Below are positions 62,324-64,000 of a DNA stretch of 64,000 nt, in pieces (the stretch's first letter is position 1; each line of letters starts with the position of its first letter). A program made the position numbers and the translations under genes. Source of the DNA: Escherichia phage BEU50; the sequence record OM632671.1; one strand, 5' to 3'. The notes under the pieces are model-generated. The model was not told the origin of the DNA, ran no database searches, and saw nothing but the letters and a program-made list of their open reading frames with translations.

Positions 62324-63178
62324 GTGAAGAATTTTAAACTTGATATTAATGACGAATTTTTAATAAAGGAATTAGTTGAAAAATTAGTGTTGAGCGAAGA
62401 AGACGCCAAGTCTTACATTAATTTTATTTCTATGAATTCAACTGTTAAAACTCCGGGTAAAACGGAAGCACATCACGTGCTTCCTAAATCAATATTTCCT
62501 GAATATTTAAAATCTACATGGAATTTAGTTAATTTAAGTCATTTTAATCATTTCAAAGCACATTTCTTATTAGCAAAAGGTAAAAATGGAAAAATGCTAA
62601 ATGCTTTAAATAGAATGATGTCAGGAAAAACATATAAAAATTTATCTTTAGCCGAAGTTGATTTAATAGCTGCTGAATATAGTTTTATAAGACAAGATGT
62701 AAGTGACACAATATCAAAAAGGCTTCAACAATATTATTCAAATCCGCAAAATAGAAATGCTGCTAGAGAAAGGGCATTAAAATATTTTTCAGTAGCAAAA
62801 AATAGGAAAGATAACAAAGAAAGATTAAATAATTTTAAAACAAAACAAAAAATTTCAATGGCTTCAAGGGAATGGTTTAATAACGAAGAAAATAAAATTA
62901 AACACCAAAAGGCTGTTCGTGCTGCTTTATCAAAACCTGAATATAAAATAGCTATATCAAATTCAGTAGCTGCTAGTTGGAAAAATCCGGAGATTAGAAA
63001 AGCTCATATAGCATCTCGACGAAAAGGCTATCATTGGGATAATAAAGATAAATTGTATGAATTGTGGATATCATATAATCGTCCTAAACATGTGATGTTT
63101 AGGAAAATGTTAGTTAAGAATGGATATCCAATAGAGGCTTCATTACAGGCTTTAGTTAAAGAATTTTCTTCATTGTGA
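62324..63178 (+). mobile_element. free-standing HNH homing endonuclease (Mob-like) between genes 47 and 46
   Basis: HNH core TEAHHVLPKSIF...NLVNLSHFNHFKAHFLL; C-terminus paralogous to the HEG at 43883; very AT-rich; GTG start after SD aaagga. Confidence 0.75.
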
Positions 63179-63193
63179 ACAATTGGATACAAA

Positions 63194-64000
63194 ATGAAAT
63201 CATTTAAACTTAATAGAGTAAAATATAAAAATATAATGTCAGTTGGTCAAAATGGAGTTGACATTCAATTAGATAAAGTCCAAAAGACATTAATCACTGG
63301 TAAAAATGGCGGTGGTAAATCTACGATGTTAGAAGCCATCACTTTTGGACTTTTCGGCAAACCATTTCGTGATGTTAAGAAAGGACAAATCATTAATAGC
63401 ACGAACAAGAAAGAGCTCTTAGTTGAGCTTTGGATGGAATTCGATGATAAAAAATACTTCATTAGACGTGGCCAAAAGCCCAATATTTTCGAAATCTCCG
63501 TTGACGGTGTTCGTCTTGATGAATCTGCCAGCAGTCGTGACTTCCAAGAAGAATTTGAACGTAGCATCGGAATGTCATACGCGTCTTTTAAACAAATCGT
63601 TGTGCTTGGGACGGCAGGGTATACCCCTTTCATGGCTCTTAGCACCCCTGCTCGTAGAAAACTTGTCGAAGACCTTTTAGAAGTCGGCACACTCGCTGAA
63701 ATGGATAAAATCAATAAGTCTCAAGTTCGAGAACTTAATTCCCAGGGACAAGTTCTCGATGCCAAGAAAGATGGTGTTATCCAACAAATTAAGATTTATA
63801 ACGAGAATATCGAACGTCAAAAGAAATTATCTGGTGATAATGTAGCGCGTCTACAGAATATGTATGACGACCTAGCCAAAGAAGCTCGTTCATTAAAAGC
63901 AGAAATCGAAGAAGCTAATGAGCGACTACTTAATATCGTTCTTGATGAAGACCCTACTGAGGCATTCAACAAGATCGGACAAGAAGCATTCTTGATTAAA
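63194..64000 (+). CDS. 46: recombination endonuclease subunit gp46 (Rad50/SbcC-like), partial (continues beyond window end)
   Basis: Walker A GKNGGGKST at the N-terminus; coiled coil begins; open to the window edge. Confidence 0.9.
   Translation, partial: MKSFKLNRVKYKNIMSVGQNGVDIQLDKVQKTLITGKNGGGKSTMLEAITFGLFGKPFRDVKKGQIINSTNKKELLVELWMEFDDKKYFIRRGQKPNIFEISVDGVRLDESASSRDFQEEFERSIGMSYASFKQIVVLGTAGYTPFMALSTPARRKLVEDLLEVGTLAEMDKINKSQVRELNSQGQVLDAKKDGVIQQIKIYNENIERQKKLSGDNVARLQNMYDDLAKEARSLKAEIEEANERLLNIVLDEDPTEAFNKIGQEAFLIK

Noticed and set aside
62064-62327. 87-aa ORF overlapping the end of 61877-62140, sharing a DINDEF motif with the HEG N-terminus
   Set aside because: Start is ambiguous and the motif match is short; could be a real small gene or HEG-associated remnant, not enough support
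63265-63714. 149-aa minus-strand ORF
   Set aside because: Antisense within gp46, which has a Walker A motif and conserved synteny

Overview
This window is a contiguous piece of a T4-like (Tevenvirinae) myovirus genome, read right through with no host flank. Positions 1-24513 are the late structural/packaging module on the minus strand in canonical T4 order: portal gp20 (3'-truncated), 19, 18, 17, 16, 15, 14, 13, wac, 12, 11, 10, 9, 8, 7, 6, 5.4, 5.1, 5, 53, with TATAAATA late promoters. From 24575 to 64000 everything is on the plus strand: late genes 4, 2, 3, then 1, 57A, 57B, followed by a densely packed early/middle region. Recognisable anchors there are two tRNAs, nudE, lysozyme e, denV, a GrcA-like glycyl-radical cofactor, regB, tk, rI, nrdC, endonuclease VII (gene 49, frameshifted), nrdD (no intron), nrdG, an NrdH-like redoxin, gp55, gp47 and the start of gp46. 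Between these anchors lie about 60 small accessory ORFs, many preceded by GTTTAC-type early promoters that recur as families of promoter plus stem-loop modules (PeSL-like). No CRISPR array, integrase or rRNA is present. The most interesting candidates are a TARG1/DarG-like macrodomain protein (possible ADP-ribosylation reversal), six internal-protein-like genes carrying an N-terminal capsid-targeting sequence, a nucleotidyltransferase / secreted peptide / P-loop ATPase cluster, three tandem orphan coiled-coil proteins behind near-identical promoters, three free-standing HNH homing endonucleases, and a GrcA gene whose C-terminal half looks host-derived. All protein calls come from reading the supplied translations against recalled T4 sequences and motifs; no database search was run. 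Start codons were adjusted by eye from the ORF track, which also reports GTG/TTG starts as M.
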